DNA of 58,134 nucleotides, counting the filler, from Fonticula-like sp. SCN 57-25 (Eukaryota): assembly GCA_001724245.1 (NCBI GenBank). It is 5 parts of 5 records of this genome, joined end to end, with 100 filler letters (N's around TTAATTAATTAA, not from the genome) between each part and the next. Parts side by side here need not be neighbours in the genome. Positions count along the whole stretch, not along the records: positions 23,420 to 34,932 come from MEDX01000197.1; positions 35,033 to 46,528 come from MEDX01000198.1; 3 more parts are not named here. One strand, written 5' to 3'. The stretch's first letter is position 1, and every line of letters starts with the position of its first letter. The position numbers and the translations under genes are program-made. A model generated the notes under the pieces. It was not told the DNA's origin. It worked only from the letters and a program-made list of their open reading frames with translations, and did no database searches. This document shows positions 23,420 to 35,452 of the stretch, one piece after another.

Positions 23420-23639
23420 ATTCCAAGGAGCGAAACAAAAGATGCGTGACAACTGTCAATGTAATGCGGAATCATAGATTGCAGACTTTTAATGCAGGCG
23501 TTAGATGTGGATAAATCGTAGTAACAGGCGACTCGCCCAACCACTCGTGTGTCATACGAACCAAAAATAGATAAAAAAGACATAAAAAAAATGCTCGCGA
23601 CCACCTCACAGCAGCCCACTCGCCCTACTGACTGCGCGC

Positions 23640-26600
23640 TCAACTACGGCGGAGCACATTCTGCAGCTTGACGATCAGGTTGACGCGGACATTGTACATC
23701 TCTGACAGCTGCTGCGGGTCGCCGTTCACGATATCATCGCTGATCAAGTTGTTCATCTTGAACGGCTCGGGGTCCATGCCGAGGTTCCTCGCGATCTCAG
23801 CGAGCCTCTCAACCTCGCGCGCGCGGTCCGCCTCCGAGTAGATGCGCACGCCGCCGCCGACATCCTCGTCGCGCTTGTACCTCTCCTGCTTCTTGGCCTC
23901 GTCCTCCTCCTGGCGCAGCTTGTCCTCGCGCTCGAAGCGGTCGAGCACGCGCTTGACGTCGCGGCGGATGCCCTCGAGCTCCTCGTCGCGCTCCTCCTTG
24001 CCCTCGGTGAGCGTGATCGAGCGGCTGATCGGGATCCAGTCGGTGCCAAAGAGGTCGTGCTTGCGCAGCGTGCTCACGTGGTGCTCAATGGAAGTGTACA
24101 TGGTCTGGCTCTTGTCGGCGAGGTGCAGCGTGAAGAAGAGGTAGTTCCACATGCGGTGCTCGCGGCGGCAGTGGTGCTGGAAGCCGCCCTTGCCGTGGCT
24201 GTCAAAGTCGTACGAGCGGAGAGAGCAGACAAAGCACTTTTCGCGCATGTCTTGGAGAATGTCGTTTTGCTCGTCACGGAGCTGAGAGAAGGTGTCGACA
24301 ATCAAGGCAAAGACAATGTTGAGGCCAATGACGTTGATCATGAGGAAGTAGCCGAGATCGTAGAAGAAGCGGCCCCAGACGTACGAGGTCCAGCCGTCAA
24401 CGGGAGTGCCGAGACGTTCACCAACACCACCACCTAGAGGGGAAAAGTGCAGAAAAGATGACAGAAACAAAGGAAAATGTACCGAAAATGTACAGAAAAT
24501 ACATCAAAATACAGCAAAATGCACCGAAAAGCAACAAAAATGCACCAAAAATGCAAAAAAATGCGACAAAAATACCAAAAAAAATCGTTCGTTAGCGTCA
24601 ATTTTCCACATTTGTCGCTGCGCACCGTGAAGCAAACCGGCGAGAATGTTGGTCATGAAGCACTGCCAGAGCGTCTCGCAGTACATTCCGTCGTTAATCT
24701 CAAACGACACGCGCAGCCACGTGAACGAAATCATGCTAAAGCAGTAGATGACAATCAAGCCGAGCAGACCGACCAACAGCAGCGAGCGGCCATTGTACGT
24801 GATCGAGCGCGTCACGTGCTTGAGAATCTTTGTGTTCATGACAAGATGCAGCAGGTGGAAGGCGTAGCACTGCGGCCGGAAGAAACCGCCAATGGAAAAG
24901 CCAATGATCATCAGGTAGTACATGTTGAGCAAAATTCCGCTTCGCTTTCGCATGGACGTCGGGTCAGATAAGACGTTTTTCACAAAGTGGTCAACAAAGA
25001 TGAACGCCGCGCAGATCACGTGGAAGGCGCCGAGGGCGTACAGCACGCTCGGCATCCAGAACGGCTCCTGTAGCACATCAAGGCATGCGTCAGAGGAAAA
25101 TACATGCAATAAAATGGCCACGTACGATGGGGGTGGTCTCATCGACGCTCATCGGGTCGCCCTGCCACGTGACAAGCATAAACATCTGCATGATAAAGGT
25201 GACGAAGACGATGCCCATGTTCCAGACCTTGGTGTACCTTGCAATGAAGTCGAGAAGGACGTTTTGGCGGAAGCGCGACTCGTTCACCATTTTGACGCGC
25301 ATCGACTGCAGGCCATAAATTGGTCAGCAAAAGGGCATCAAAATGGCGCAAAAAAGGCATCGAAAAACAACAAAAGACGCACCTCGCAGCGACGCAAAAA
25401 GTCCTGAATCTTGTCGGTCGGCGACGACGTGCGCGTGACATTGTTCTGGATATCCTCCTTCATCCAGCCACGGAGCGCGTTGCCGTCGCGCACAGGGAAG
25501 TAGACCTTTTCAAGCTCATTGCCGTGAATGACCTCGATCGAGTTCATCGAGCCCTTGAACAGCTCGAGCGCCGTCTGCGTCCGGTGCTAAAAAAGCAGAC
25601 ATTTTGTGTGAGCCATCATGGTATTAGGCATAAAAAAACACAAAGAAAACGCTGCGTACCGCCTTCTTGCGCTCCTTGAGCGCCTTGCGCGCCTTCCTGG
25701 ACGTGTCGTAAGCGAGCGCGCCGCGGCTGAGGTCGGCGGTCATGTCGGTCTCGACGATGGGCGCCTCGAGGCCGAGGTCAGTGAAGCGCGCGAGCACCGA
25801 GTAGAAGAGCGCGCCGGCGTCGAGCGTCGTCACCTTGCACGCCTCGTACTGCTCGCGGTTCTTCTGGAACTCTTCAATGACCTTGGGGTGAGCGGCGATG
25901 AGGTCCTTGCGGTGGAGCAGTGCGAGCGTCTGCGGGTGCTCGGCGTAAAAGATCATGTTTGCCTCGAGCAGCTGCTTGTCGACGACAGCGTGCACCTGCG
26001 GGGCGAGGATGGTCTTGGTCTTGGCGTCATTGTGCTCGACCATGGTGAAGAGCAGGCCGGCGCTCTGCACCTTGAGCTCGAGCAGCTCGGTGAACGTGCA
26101 GTGCGGGTACGGCTCCTTTTGGCGGAAGACAGTGTTGAACACTTCCATGATCTTGGCGTCAAAGGCAATCTGCTGGTTGTCGCTGTGGCCAGAGCACAGG
26201 CTGCGCAGCGTGGCGACGAGCTGCGTCACGAGCGGCAGTGTCGGCAGCGAGATCGAAGAGTAGAGGCTCTGAAGGTACGTCGCGACTTCCTTGACAAGGT
26301 CGACAGAGCGGCCGACATTGTCCTCCTGAGCGCGCAGGAAACCCTGCAGCTCCTTGTTGTGGCCCTGCGCCATGTTCTGCATGATCTGCAAAAGAAGCTG
26401 GATCGACACCGACTCTTCATCGGCGAGCTTGACAGACTCTTCAATGTGCTTCATCTTGATGTTGGACGACGAGGGGCGCGGCGCCTGCACGGGCGCCTCG
26501 CCCTTCTTCTTCTTGCCGCCGGCGTACGGCGGCGGCGTAATCGGCATGAGCGGGATGGCGGACGACGACTGGTCGATGCCCAATTCGGTCGACACGCTGG

Positions 26601-29600
26601 CGCGCTTGTCAAACATGGCAGAGATGGTGCCAATCGTGCCCTTCCTCTTATCGTCGCCGATCATGATCGAGTTGCGGTTGCGGACCGTCGAGCCGGCCAT
26701 CGAGCTGCGGTCGTCGTTGATCTCGAACTGGATGAACGACTTGAGGCGGTCCGAAAAGTGAATGGACCCCTTGCGGTGCGAGGCGCCGCCGACATAGGTC
26801 GACCTGCCCTGCGACGCCGTCTGCATGCGCGTGCGCTTCTCGTCCTCAATCAGCTGGCTCTTCATCGAGCGCAGCTCCTTGAACACAATCATGCGCTGCG
26901 TAAGGCGGTGGCGCATGTCCTCAAAGAAGGACTCTTCGGACGTGCTGCGGAAGAACTGAAGCAGTGCGAGCTGCGACTTTTCGTTGCCGCCGTTGAGGAG
27001 GTCGCGCAGCAGCAGCAGCGACGCGTTGCTCACGTCGTCGCCGCGCGCGCGCCGGGCCGACACAAAGTTGACCGCGACCGAGGCAACGCCGGCGGTGCAC
27101 ATGTGATCCTGGATGAGGAGCGTCGTCTTTTCTTCGAGTGCGCGCGGGTCCTTGGCGTGCGGGAAGCGCGGCATCCGAATGAGCGCAGTCAGCAGCTTGA
27201 GCAGGGCCTCGTCCGTCTCAACGTAGCGCTGCTTGTCGGCCTTGTCTTCTTTGCCGGAATACTTGAACGACTCGTTCATCTTGTGCACAATATCGCGGAC
27301 GCGCTGCACGTTGAGCTTGTAGCGCCTGTAGGGCTGGACGCGCAACGTCTCATCCTGCAAGACTGCGTTGATAAAGGTGTGGAACTCTTCGCCGCCAGTA
27401 ATACCAGCCGCCTTCATGTCGGGGGTGCTCGTCTCCTCCTCGTACGTCGTGCGAAGGCTTTTGACGGCCTTTTGGAGCGAGGCGTTCACAGCCAGGTCCT
27501 GCTGGTGGTTCTTTTCATAGTCCTTGACAACTTCGTTCTTGACTACCACGGCCGCAGTCTTGCCGCCGTCGCTGATGGCCGCCTGGAATTCCGTGACGGC
27601 AGCGTAGTTATCAATGATGTGGAAGTCGGAGATGTACATGTGGTCGTCCACCTTGCTGGTCACCGCATCGTACATGGCCGAAAGGGCGGTCGAGAAGAGC
27701 GTCTTGTGATGGTAGGTGAAGCGGTCGGTATGCTCCATCATCTTGGTCAAAAAGTTGAGGAACGCCTTGCTGATGTGGTCAATGTGCGCCTTGAAATTGG
27801 GCACCTTCTCCTTGAGCTGCTCCGACATGTGGAAGTACTGCGAGAAGAACTTGCGCGGGACAGTCGCGCCAGCCTCAAAGGCAAAGAACGAGTCGTGGCG
27901 CTCGAGCGGCTTGGAAAAGTCCTTGGCCGCAATCGTGTTGAGCGTGTCGGCAATCATGTCCAGGACGAGCCAGAACTGCGGGTTGAACTGAATCTCGGCG
28001 ATGGCAGAGTCGCTATCGCGCGAGTTGGAGTTGAGGTACACCCACAAAAAGTAGCGCAGGTAGGGGCGCTTCAAGTCGACGTGGATTTGCGGGTGGAGAA
28101 TGACATCGTACAGCTCGGGAAGGTCGAAAATGTTTTGAAGAATCGACTCGCTGTAGCGGTTGCCGCCTTCCGCGCACGACGAAAGGAAGCGCACGAGGCG
28201 CCAGTGGTACTCGTGCTCGTCGGGCTCCTTGGCGCCACCATTCTTCGAGGTCACCCAGTACTTTTGAGAGCACTCAACGAGCAGCTACAGCACCAAAAAG
28301 AACGTCAGTAAATGAGAGCACCAGCCAGCGCCGTACGTTGATGCGCCTCTCGTTGTCGTTGTTCTCGACGAGCAGCAGCGTGTCTGAGCGGCGCTGCAGC
28401 ATGTTGGACAGCACAAAGTTCTGGTTGCGCTTGAGCGGCAAGTCGATGGAGTCGATCTTGACGATAAAGTTGAGCAGCTCGAGCATGTTGGGAATTTTAG
28501 TGTTGTAATCGGCCAGCATGCGGACGAGCTTGGCGATCTGCGACTCCTTGATGGCCATGCAGAGGCGCTGGTTGTCGCGGAAAAGCGACGTCAGCGAGCG
28601 GATCATGTCGGGACGGCACAGCGGGAAGTCCAGGAACCAGTCGAGGCGGTCAAAGACCTGCTTCTGCAGCAGCGCGTGGCCGCGGATGAAGCCTACAAGG
28701 AAAGGGCGGTCAGCGGCGGCGGCGGCGGCCAGGAAAAAGGTCACGTACTCTGGAGGAACTTGAACAGGTTCGTGTAGAGCGTGTTCCAGGCCTTTTCATT
28801 CGTGACCATGTCGGCGTTGATCGGGCGGCTCATGAACGCAATGACAATGTCGAGCAGGCCAACGGTGTACAGGAGATCCTGGTTCACGACGTGGCGCGTG
28901 TCCGCGTCATTTTTAAGGTGGCAGCGCAGCTTCAGTTCGGCAAAGATCGCGGCGACCTTTGCGAGCTCGGGGGTTGTAAGGTTGGCCGCCCGCGAGAGCG
29001 AGCGCAGCACGGGGAGGTGCTCAGTGCGCAGCGTGCGGTAAAATTCCGACGTGGCAGTGCTGACAGAAATGTAAGTGTCATCGATCGTGTCCAGCAGGCG
29101 GTGCGTCGGCGAATGCAGCTTCTGGATGATGGAGAAGCACAGGTGCGTCATGCGCCAGTCGTCAAACCGCGAGCATTTCTGACCAGCAAACAGCGTCAGT
29201 TTGGCCAGCCTCAATCCACAAAACAGCGTACGAAAAGATCGCCGATGAAATCAGCCTCATCTTCAGCAGCCGCGTCAACCTCGTCGTTAAGGAAGCCAAC
29301 GAGATCCTTCCTGAGGCGCGCGTCAAGCGGGCGCTCTTCATTGCCGGTGTTCTCGTTCAAGGAGACGATGAGATCCGTAATCGACCTGTTGTGGTTCGCA
29401 AGGCGACTAGAGGATCCAGGGAAACGATAAGCGACTGGGCACACACACCAAAAGGAACTCAGGGAAATCAAACCACGTACACTGTCTTGCGGGACACCTT
29501 CTGGTCTGGCTGGATGCCGCGCGACGCGTTGACAAAGGTCGCGAGGAAAGAGAAGAGGCGGCGGCGCGACTCGATATCAATGAGGCTGTCAATGATCTTG

Positions 29601-32600
29601 AGAGCCGTGCGCGTCACGGCCAGCGCCGACTTGTTCTTCTTGCTCAGCGCAACGTAGTCGATCTTTTTCTCCTCCGCGTCAACATCAAGGGCCTCGAAGA
29701 AGTTGTCAGTCTCATTCTTGGGCTTTGCGACGACCATGTCGGACTTGGTCTGGTTATCGAGCGTGAAGAGCTTTTCCTCCGTGGTATCGTTCGCCGAAGG
29801 GTTCACCGTCTTCTTGGCGGTCAGGATGAGCTGGTGCTTGACAATCTTCTTCAGCTGCTCCATCAGAGTCGCTCCTTTGGCGCCCGGGTCCTTGATGTAG
29901 TACCCGGCTTCCACGAGCACGTGGACCATCTAAGAACGGCGGTTAGAACGCAGTGCGGGCCTGCAGCAAGCATACCTCAAGGATGGTGGTCAGTACTTCG
30001 TTGTGAGCAACGCCAATGTCGGTGCCGGACGTGTCGGGCTGGACGGTCGGCAGGAAATCAGAAATCCAAGTCAGCAATGTGGCAAAGTCGCCAGCGTCGA
30101 GCGTTGAGCCATTCAGACCCTCACGGTTCTCAAACCGCTTCTTGGCATCGTCGTTGTATGTGCTGACGAGCTACGCAAAGGGCGGTTAGCGCGACACGAC
30201 AGTGACCAGGAGGGCGTTCGTACCAGGGTCTCCTCGAGGATGCGGGGCGAGTCGACGTCGACAAAGGCAGACGAAAGCAGCGACACAAACTGCTTGCGAA
30301 GACGGGAGGCATTCTTAATGGACCCGCTTGGCACGGCGTTGGATTCTGCCCTCATTGCGGCAGCGATATCCTTGCTCACCATGTTGAAGCAAATGGCAAA
30401 GTCAACAAACTTGAGCTTCTTGAGCTCCTCGATGACGGGCTTGTTGCCTCCCTGGCACAGGTTGGAGATCAGCTTCACGCTGTTAATGACGTACTCCTGG
30501 TGCTCGGGGCTCATATCGCCAAACTTCTTGGGCGACTTGGGCTCAGAAGGGTGGATAAAGTACAACCCTTCCTCCTCCTTCACGACCCACTTGGCAATGA
30601 CCTACAGCAGCAGACATCGTCAGGCAACCAAACACTAAAAGCAAGGTGCGTTCGTACCGGCTTTGTCTGACGCTCGACGATTAGTTTGTCCAGAATGTAC
30701 TTTTGGATGTGCGCGAGGCCGCGCTTGCGCGAGACGGCGCAGGCCGACAGGAACCCGAGGTACGACGACGTCTGCTCATTGGCGAGGTTATCGATAAAGT
30801 TCTGGATGAACGGCAGCTCAATGCGGTTGAGAATCTCGTCCTCGTCCTTGACAAGGCCCATGAGCATGACCTCTGCGTGGATCCTGTGCGGCGCCTGCCA
30901 CTGGAAGAAGGGGATGTTGTACGCGACGGTGAGCAGGTTCTTGCGCGAGCCTCCCGTGATATACTCGCCAAAGACGTCGTACACGAGGCGGAGCACGCCC
31001 ATCAGCGCGGGGTAGCGACCCAGGCGCTTGATGTCGATACCGTAGGCGGGGTTAAAGTCGTCCTCGTAGAACTCGGGGACCGGCTTGAACGGCGCCTGGA
31101 GCATCTGCAGGCAAATGTTGACAAGGCCGAGGTGGCGGAAAATACGCTGATTGATGCGCTTCTTCTCGGCCTGAGACAGGAAATCCTTGAAGCGCATGAG
31201 CGTGTCCATGACAGCCTTGGACTCGGCCGCCTTGACTTCCCACGACTCTGCCTGCTTGCGCCTGTAGATGAACTCAAGAAGGACGGGGATCAGGCCCATA
31301 ACCGTGTTGCAGATCAGGAGCTGCTCCTGCGAGACAAGCTCGACCGTGAACGCGTCATCGTAGTTGACGATCGGGCTGCTCGTCAGGTCGTACTTTTCGT
31401 CCTGCTTGTCATAGATGTTAAGGTAGTCCACCTGCGAGTTGGGGGACAGCGAGCGCTTGTCCGTGTTGCGGCGCCCCGCCGGGCCCTTGGAGCTCTTGTC
31501 GCCGTGCAGCGACGACGACGTCATCAGGTGCTCGATGCGGCCATAGACCTCGGTCGTGACGTAGCCCGTCGAGCGGTTGAACGACTGCATCTTGAACGCA
31601 ACGTTCCTGTCAATGGTGGACGTGAGCGCGGCCGGAAGCGCAAGCGGCTCCTTCTTCAGGGTCCCGAGCTTGGAAATGCCCTTGTCATCCAAGACGAGGT
31701 ACTTGCGAGAAGCCACGTGCTTCAAGCGGATGAGCTTGCCCCACGAGACCAGCTCGCCAGAGGTCGGCTCGTCGTGGCTCTCAATCTGGAAATAGGAAAG
31801 GATCGACTCCTTCTCTTCCTGGTTGTTGAGGCGAATGCGGAGATACGGAGGGGCTGGGTCGACCTCGTCCTCGAAAAAGACATCCTCGGCCTGGATGTGC
31901 GCGTCAAGTTCGCGATGGTGCAGGCACACCGTGTCGCCAAAGTGAATCGCCTTCTTTTCAACGCCAACCGGCTCCGGCTGGTAGCGGCGGTGCGAAACGA
32001 CAACGAAGGGGGACCCGGGCACAGCCAGGGAGGCCTCGTACAGGTACGGGTCGGGCAACTGCGTGTCCGACGCAAGATGGTGACCTGCAGCGCGTCAGCA
32101 AGGGGCTGCAAAAACATGGCATGTGCGAGCGTACCGGGGCGCTTCACGCTCTGAAGCAAAATGGTGTCGTTCGGCATGATTTCATCACCCTCCGAGCGCA
32201 GCTTGAAGCGCGGCAGGATCATGAAAAAGCTCGACTTGTCGCTGTTGTCGCGCAGGTCGACGCGGATGTTTTGCACGTTCGTAGCCGGCTCGTTGGTGCG
32301 AATAGAGAGAAACTTGTTGGTGTAGTCGTGCTGCAGCTGCACGATCTCGCCGTACTTGATCGCCTTGCCCGACTGGCGGCGCTGCTCGTTGGCATTCTCG
32401 CGGGCGTCGGCCTCGGCCTGGCGGACAAGGTTCTGATGATCCTTGTCGTTCTCCAAATCTGAAGCGCAAAATGGTCAGAAAAAGGCGAAACAGGCGGCGC
32501 GAGATCGCGCACAGTTTGTGGCCTTCTTCTTGGCCAGGCGCTGCTTCAGCGCGGTCAAGCGGCGTGTGGCCTTGTACTTGAACGGGACGACCAGCTTGAA

Positions 32601-32893
32601 GACGGCCATCTGCGCAGGCGGGAATGTGAGCAAAGGCCCTTTTCTCTTTTCCCTTCGAGCGCACCTTAAAGTTCTCCAGCTGCGGATCCTTCTTGTCGCA
32701 TTTCTTGACAACAACACTTCCTTTGACGGCATCCCAGGCCGAGAGGTAACCCTTGCTGTTCTATTGGTCCGCGCGGTCAGCCGAGCAAAAGATCTTTCCT
32801 TCCACGCACCATCTCATCGCAGTACAGCGCTATGGAGTCGCCAAAGCACACGGGCTTTGGCTTATCCCCCACCGGCTCCTCGACCAGCGACAT
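23640..32893 (-). CDS. ITPR: Inositol 1,4,5-trisphosphate receptor family Ca2+-release channel (apparently complete, multi-exon)
   Basis: Spliced N-terminus MSLVEEPVGDKPKPVCFGDSIALYCDEM-NSKGYLSAW (suppressor domain); IKYGEIVQLQH and PRFKLRSEGD; MIR segment LIRLKHVASRKYL; SCAEGGNRYSESILQ; LLNGGNEKSQ; six TM segments; pore GLLHGGGVGE; LNIVFALIVDTFSQLRDE; KCFVC...HCRREHRMWNY zinc finger. Confidence 0.93.
24470..24590. repeat. Degenerate ~10-11-bp A-tract tandem repeat inside an IP3R intron (intron 24434-24625)
   Basis: aaaatgtaccg aaaatgtacag aaaatacatc aaaatacagc aaaatgcaccg aaaagcaac aaaaatgcacc aaaaatgc... Confidence 0.75.
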
Positions 32894-34104
32894 GGCAGCC
32901 ACGCAGAAAGGGGAAGGAAAGTGCCTTACCTCCCTTTCCCAGGCCAGAAAAAGTATGCTCTCTTAAAGTCGCCATTGGTCGCACCAAATTAACCGGCCAA
33001 TCATTGTAAACAATACTTTCTTTTTTAGGGGACACGATTACTTTCCCGGAAAATCAGTGGAAAATCAGTGGAGCTTCGGGTAAAACGTCGGGAGGCGCCG
33101 AGGATGAGCGGCGCGACTTTAAAGAAAGAGAAAAAAACGAGAAAAAAAGAAAGCGAAAAGTGTAGTCGGCCGTTCCGCAGTCAACGTGGGTCATTCGCGG
33201 GCCTTTTTCAAGCATTCCAAAGGGAAAAACGGTAGCAAAACAGGGGAAGCGACCGCGCGGAGCGGTGTTGGACCGCGTTGCTTCGTTGGAAGGCCGCTTG
33301 GTGGCCAATCTCACGCCAAACACATGTTTCGCCTGTCGGAAAGAGCGCTCGGGCGCGGCGGAATACGGAGACCCCGCGGCCGGAATGCCAGGGGAGATCA
33401 GGGAGCGATGACCTTTAAGCGTGCTACATAGCGTGCATCATGCACAAATCATGCACAAAAACAGAGCAAAAGACAGTTGGGAATACATATGTATTAAAGC
33501 GCAGCTGTGAAAGAGCCAGAGTGACGCAAATAAGGCTAGGGAAATGTCGAAAATGACTCCTAATGTAGGTGGATGTCACGTGATCATTGTGATTTTTGCA
33601 CCTTTTTTCGCCTTTTTAGCGTCCTTCAGCACTTCTAGTCATTAAAATAAAGCGCGTTAGTTAACATAATTGTGTAAACCATAAAAGGCGTATCTTTTGA
33701 CATGGTAAAAGCTATTCCTTTGTAAAAAAAATTTTAAGGCGTAAAAAATCGTTCTTTGCAAATCACAAGTCCAACTGATTCCAAAGTAAACATACATGCT
33801 AGTTCGTTTCAGAAAAGGGACATTTTGACGCCTTTTTAGCATGCGGTACTGTAGTTTAACCTCAAATAAGCTTCAATATGTGTCACGCCCTCTCTTTACA
33901 ATACCAAAACTGATTTTTGACTTTACCGCGCTCCCACCAGGTCGACCCAAAGTCAACTTTCTTTTTCTCCACAACGTCACATGCCCATGATCTACAAACA
34001 AACCTTGCATTCCCAGGCCTTTTAACCTATTCTGCGTGCCACACCACTGGTCCGAGCAAATTATTGTATTCCATATATTATACGTTGTCTATTTACAGTC
34101 TATG

Positions 34105-34932
34105 TTACATATCCGCGACGGACAAAAAGTACCTCTCCATTGCCTGCCTGAACCTCGCCTTGTACAGCTGCGGCGACAGCACCGTCGGCGCCTTACCGCC
34201 GCCACCCAGCAGCCCGCTCTCCTTCACCCAGTTCTCGAGCCTCTTGTCCCACGTGTACGTCCTGACGTAATCAACAATACCGACAACGAGCTCTGCCCTT
34301 TCCTTGTCGATGCCCGCAACGAGCGAGTAGTCGATGACGTTGCAGTCGGCCAGTAGGCGCGTGTCGCGCTTGACGGCCTCCATGAGCGCCGCCTTGGCGT
34401 GCGGGTACACATATAGAGGCGAAGAGTGAAGCGTTTCAATAAGGTTTTCGTCGAGAAGGACGTCGCCTTCTTGGCCGGTGGTTTGCGCGTAGCGGCTGCG
34501 GACACTGCCTTTAAGGTCGAATATGCGAGACACTTTGCGGTCGTAAAAGAGGTTTTCAATGACGAGGACGTCTTGCTTAAAGGTCTTGCCGGTGATGGCG
34601 TGGCGGTACGAAAGGCGGAAGACGCCGAGAATCTTGGCAAGAAGCGTACGTTGCTGGAGATGGACAGAGGAAAGTTAGCAGGAAATATGGAAAAGTGACC
34701 CAATGTAACAAAGCACGCGGTTAAAAAACGACCAACTTGCATACAAAACTGACTGATTTGCACCAAAAAACAACCAGTTTTTCAATCTTAATTTCACCCC
34801 ACACAACCACTTTCCCCCATTTTCCCACTCTCGCACCTTTTGCGTGATTGCCTTGTGCAGGTACCGAAAGTAAGTCGGCGCCGTCTTGAAGAAACTAAGC
34901 GCCTCCGAGTGCGACATTTGCTTGATAATGAA
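34105..34932 (-). CDS. PIKFYVE: PIKfyve/Fab1 PI3P 5-kinase, C-terminal kinase domain only (5' truncated by gap)
   Basis: LAKILGVF...ENLFY...IFDLKGSVRSR...VLLDENL...VIDYSL...VGIVDYVRTYTWDKRLENWVKESG...PTVLSPQLYKARFRQAMERYF. Confidence 0.93.
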
Positions 34933-35032
34933 NNNNNNNNNNNNNNNNNNNNNNNNNNNNNNNNNNNNNNNNNNNNTTAATTAATTAANNNNNNNNNNNN
35001 NNNNNNNNNNNNNNNNNNNNNNNNNNNNNNNN
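34933..35032. other. Artificial contig-joining spacer
   Basis: N run + TTAATTAATTAA + N run, 100 bp. Confidence 0.97.
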
Positions 35033-35321
35033 AACCTCCACCTCAAAGTAAAAAACTGCGCATGAAGAAGGAATGGGCGCGTTCGCGCGGATGGACGAGG
35101 CGTCCTTCTCGTCCTTGCCGCTTCCTGCCGAGCGAGTCAGCCAACGAACGCCGGCATCGCAGCGCCGCACCTTTGTACGCCACCTCCATATTGCTTCTGT
35201 CAACATCTACAAACGTCCCCTTATCCTTTGGGTTCCACGCCGTCGGGACAACGACGTTTGCGCCGAGATACGACAGGTACGACGGTCGCCGCGCCGCCGG
35301 CGCCTTGCTTGCCGCTGTCAT
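35033..35321 (-). CDS. RANBP9: RanBP9/RanBP10 (GID1, CTLH complex) SPRY-domain protein, 5' fragment
   Basis: PTAWNPKDK...VAYKG|SGKDEKDASSIRANAPIPSSCAVFYFEVEV matches the start of the RanBPM SPRY domain; one short intron. Confidence 0.8.
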
Positions 35322-35452
35322 CGCTGCACCTGTCACAGGCCTGCCGCAGTACGATACATCAGCACCCCGCTTCTGGCGACAAATCAGCGCGTTCCAGCAT
35401 AACTGCATAACCACTGTTTGCAGGCGCACGAACCGCGCGGCAGGACGGCGCC

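Noticed and set aside
25618-28311. 897-aa + strand ORF, plus similar ORFs at 30703-32154 and 44326-45873
   Set aside because: Antisense shadows of IP3R and POLR3B exons caused by GC-rich codon bias.
23640-32893. Many broken ORFs suggesting pseudogenes or programmed frameshifts
   Set aside because: The breaks I checked coincide with short GT-AG introns that restore the frame.
14066-34932. Apparent spectrin / IP3R / PIKfyve Ca2+-cytoskeleton cluster
   Set aside because: Spectrin is on a different contig. The IP3R-PIKfyve adjacency is real but a single neighbour pair in a dense genome is not evidence of a functional cluster.
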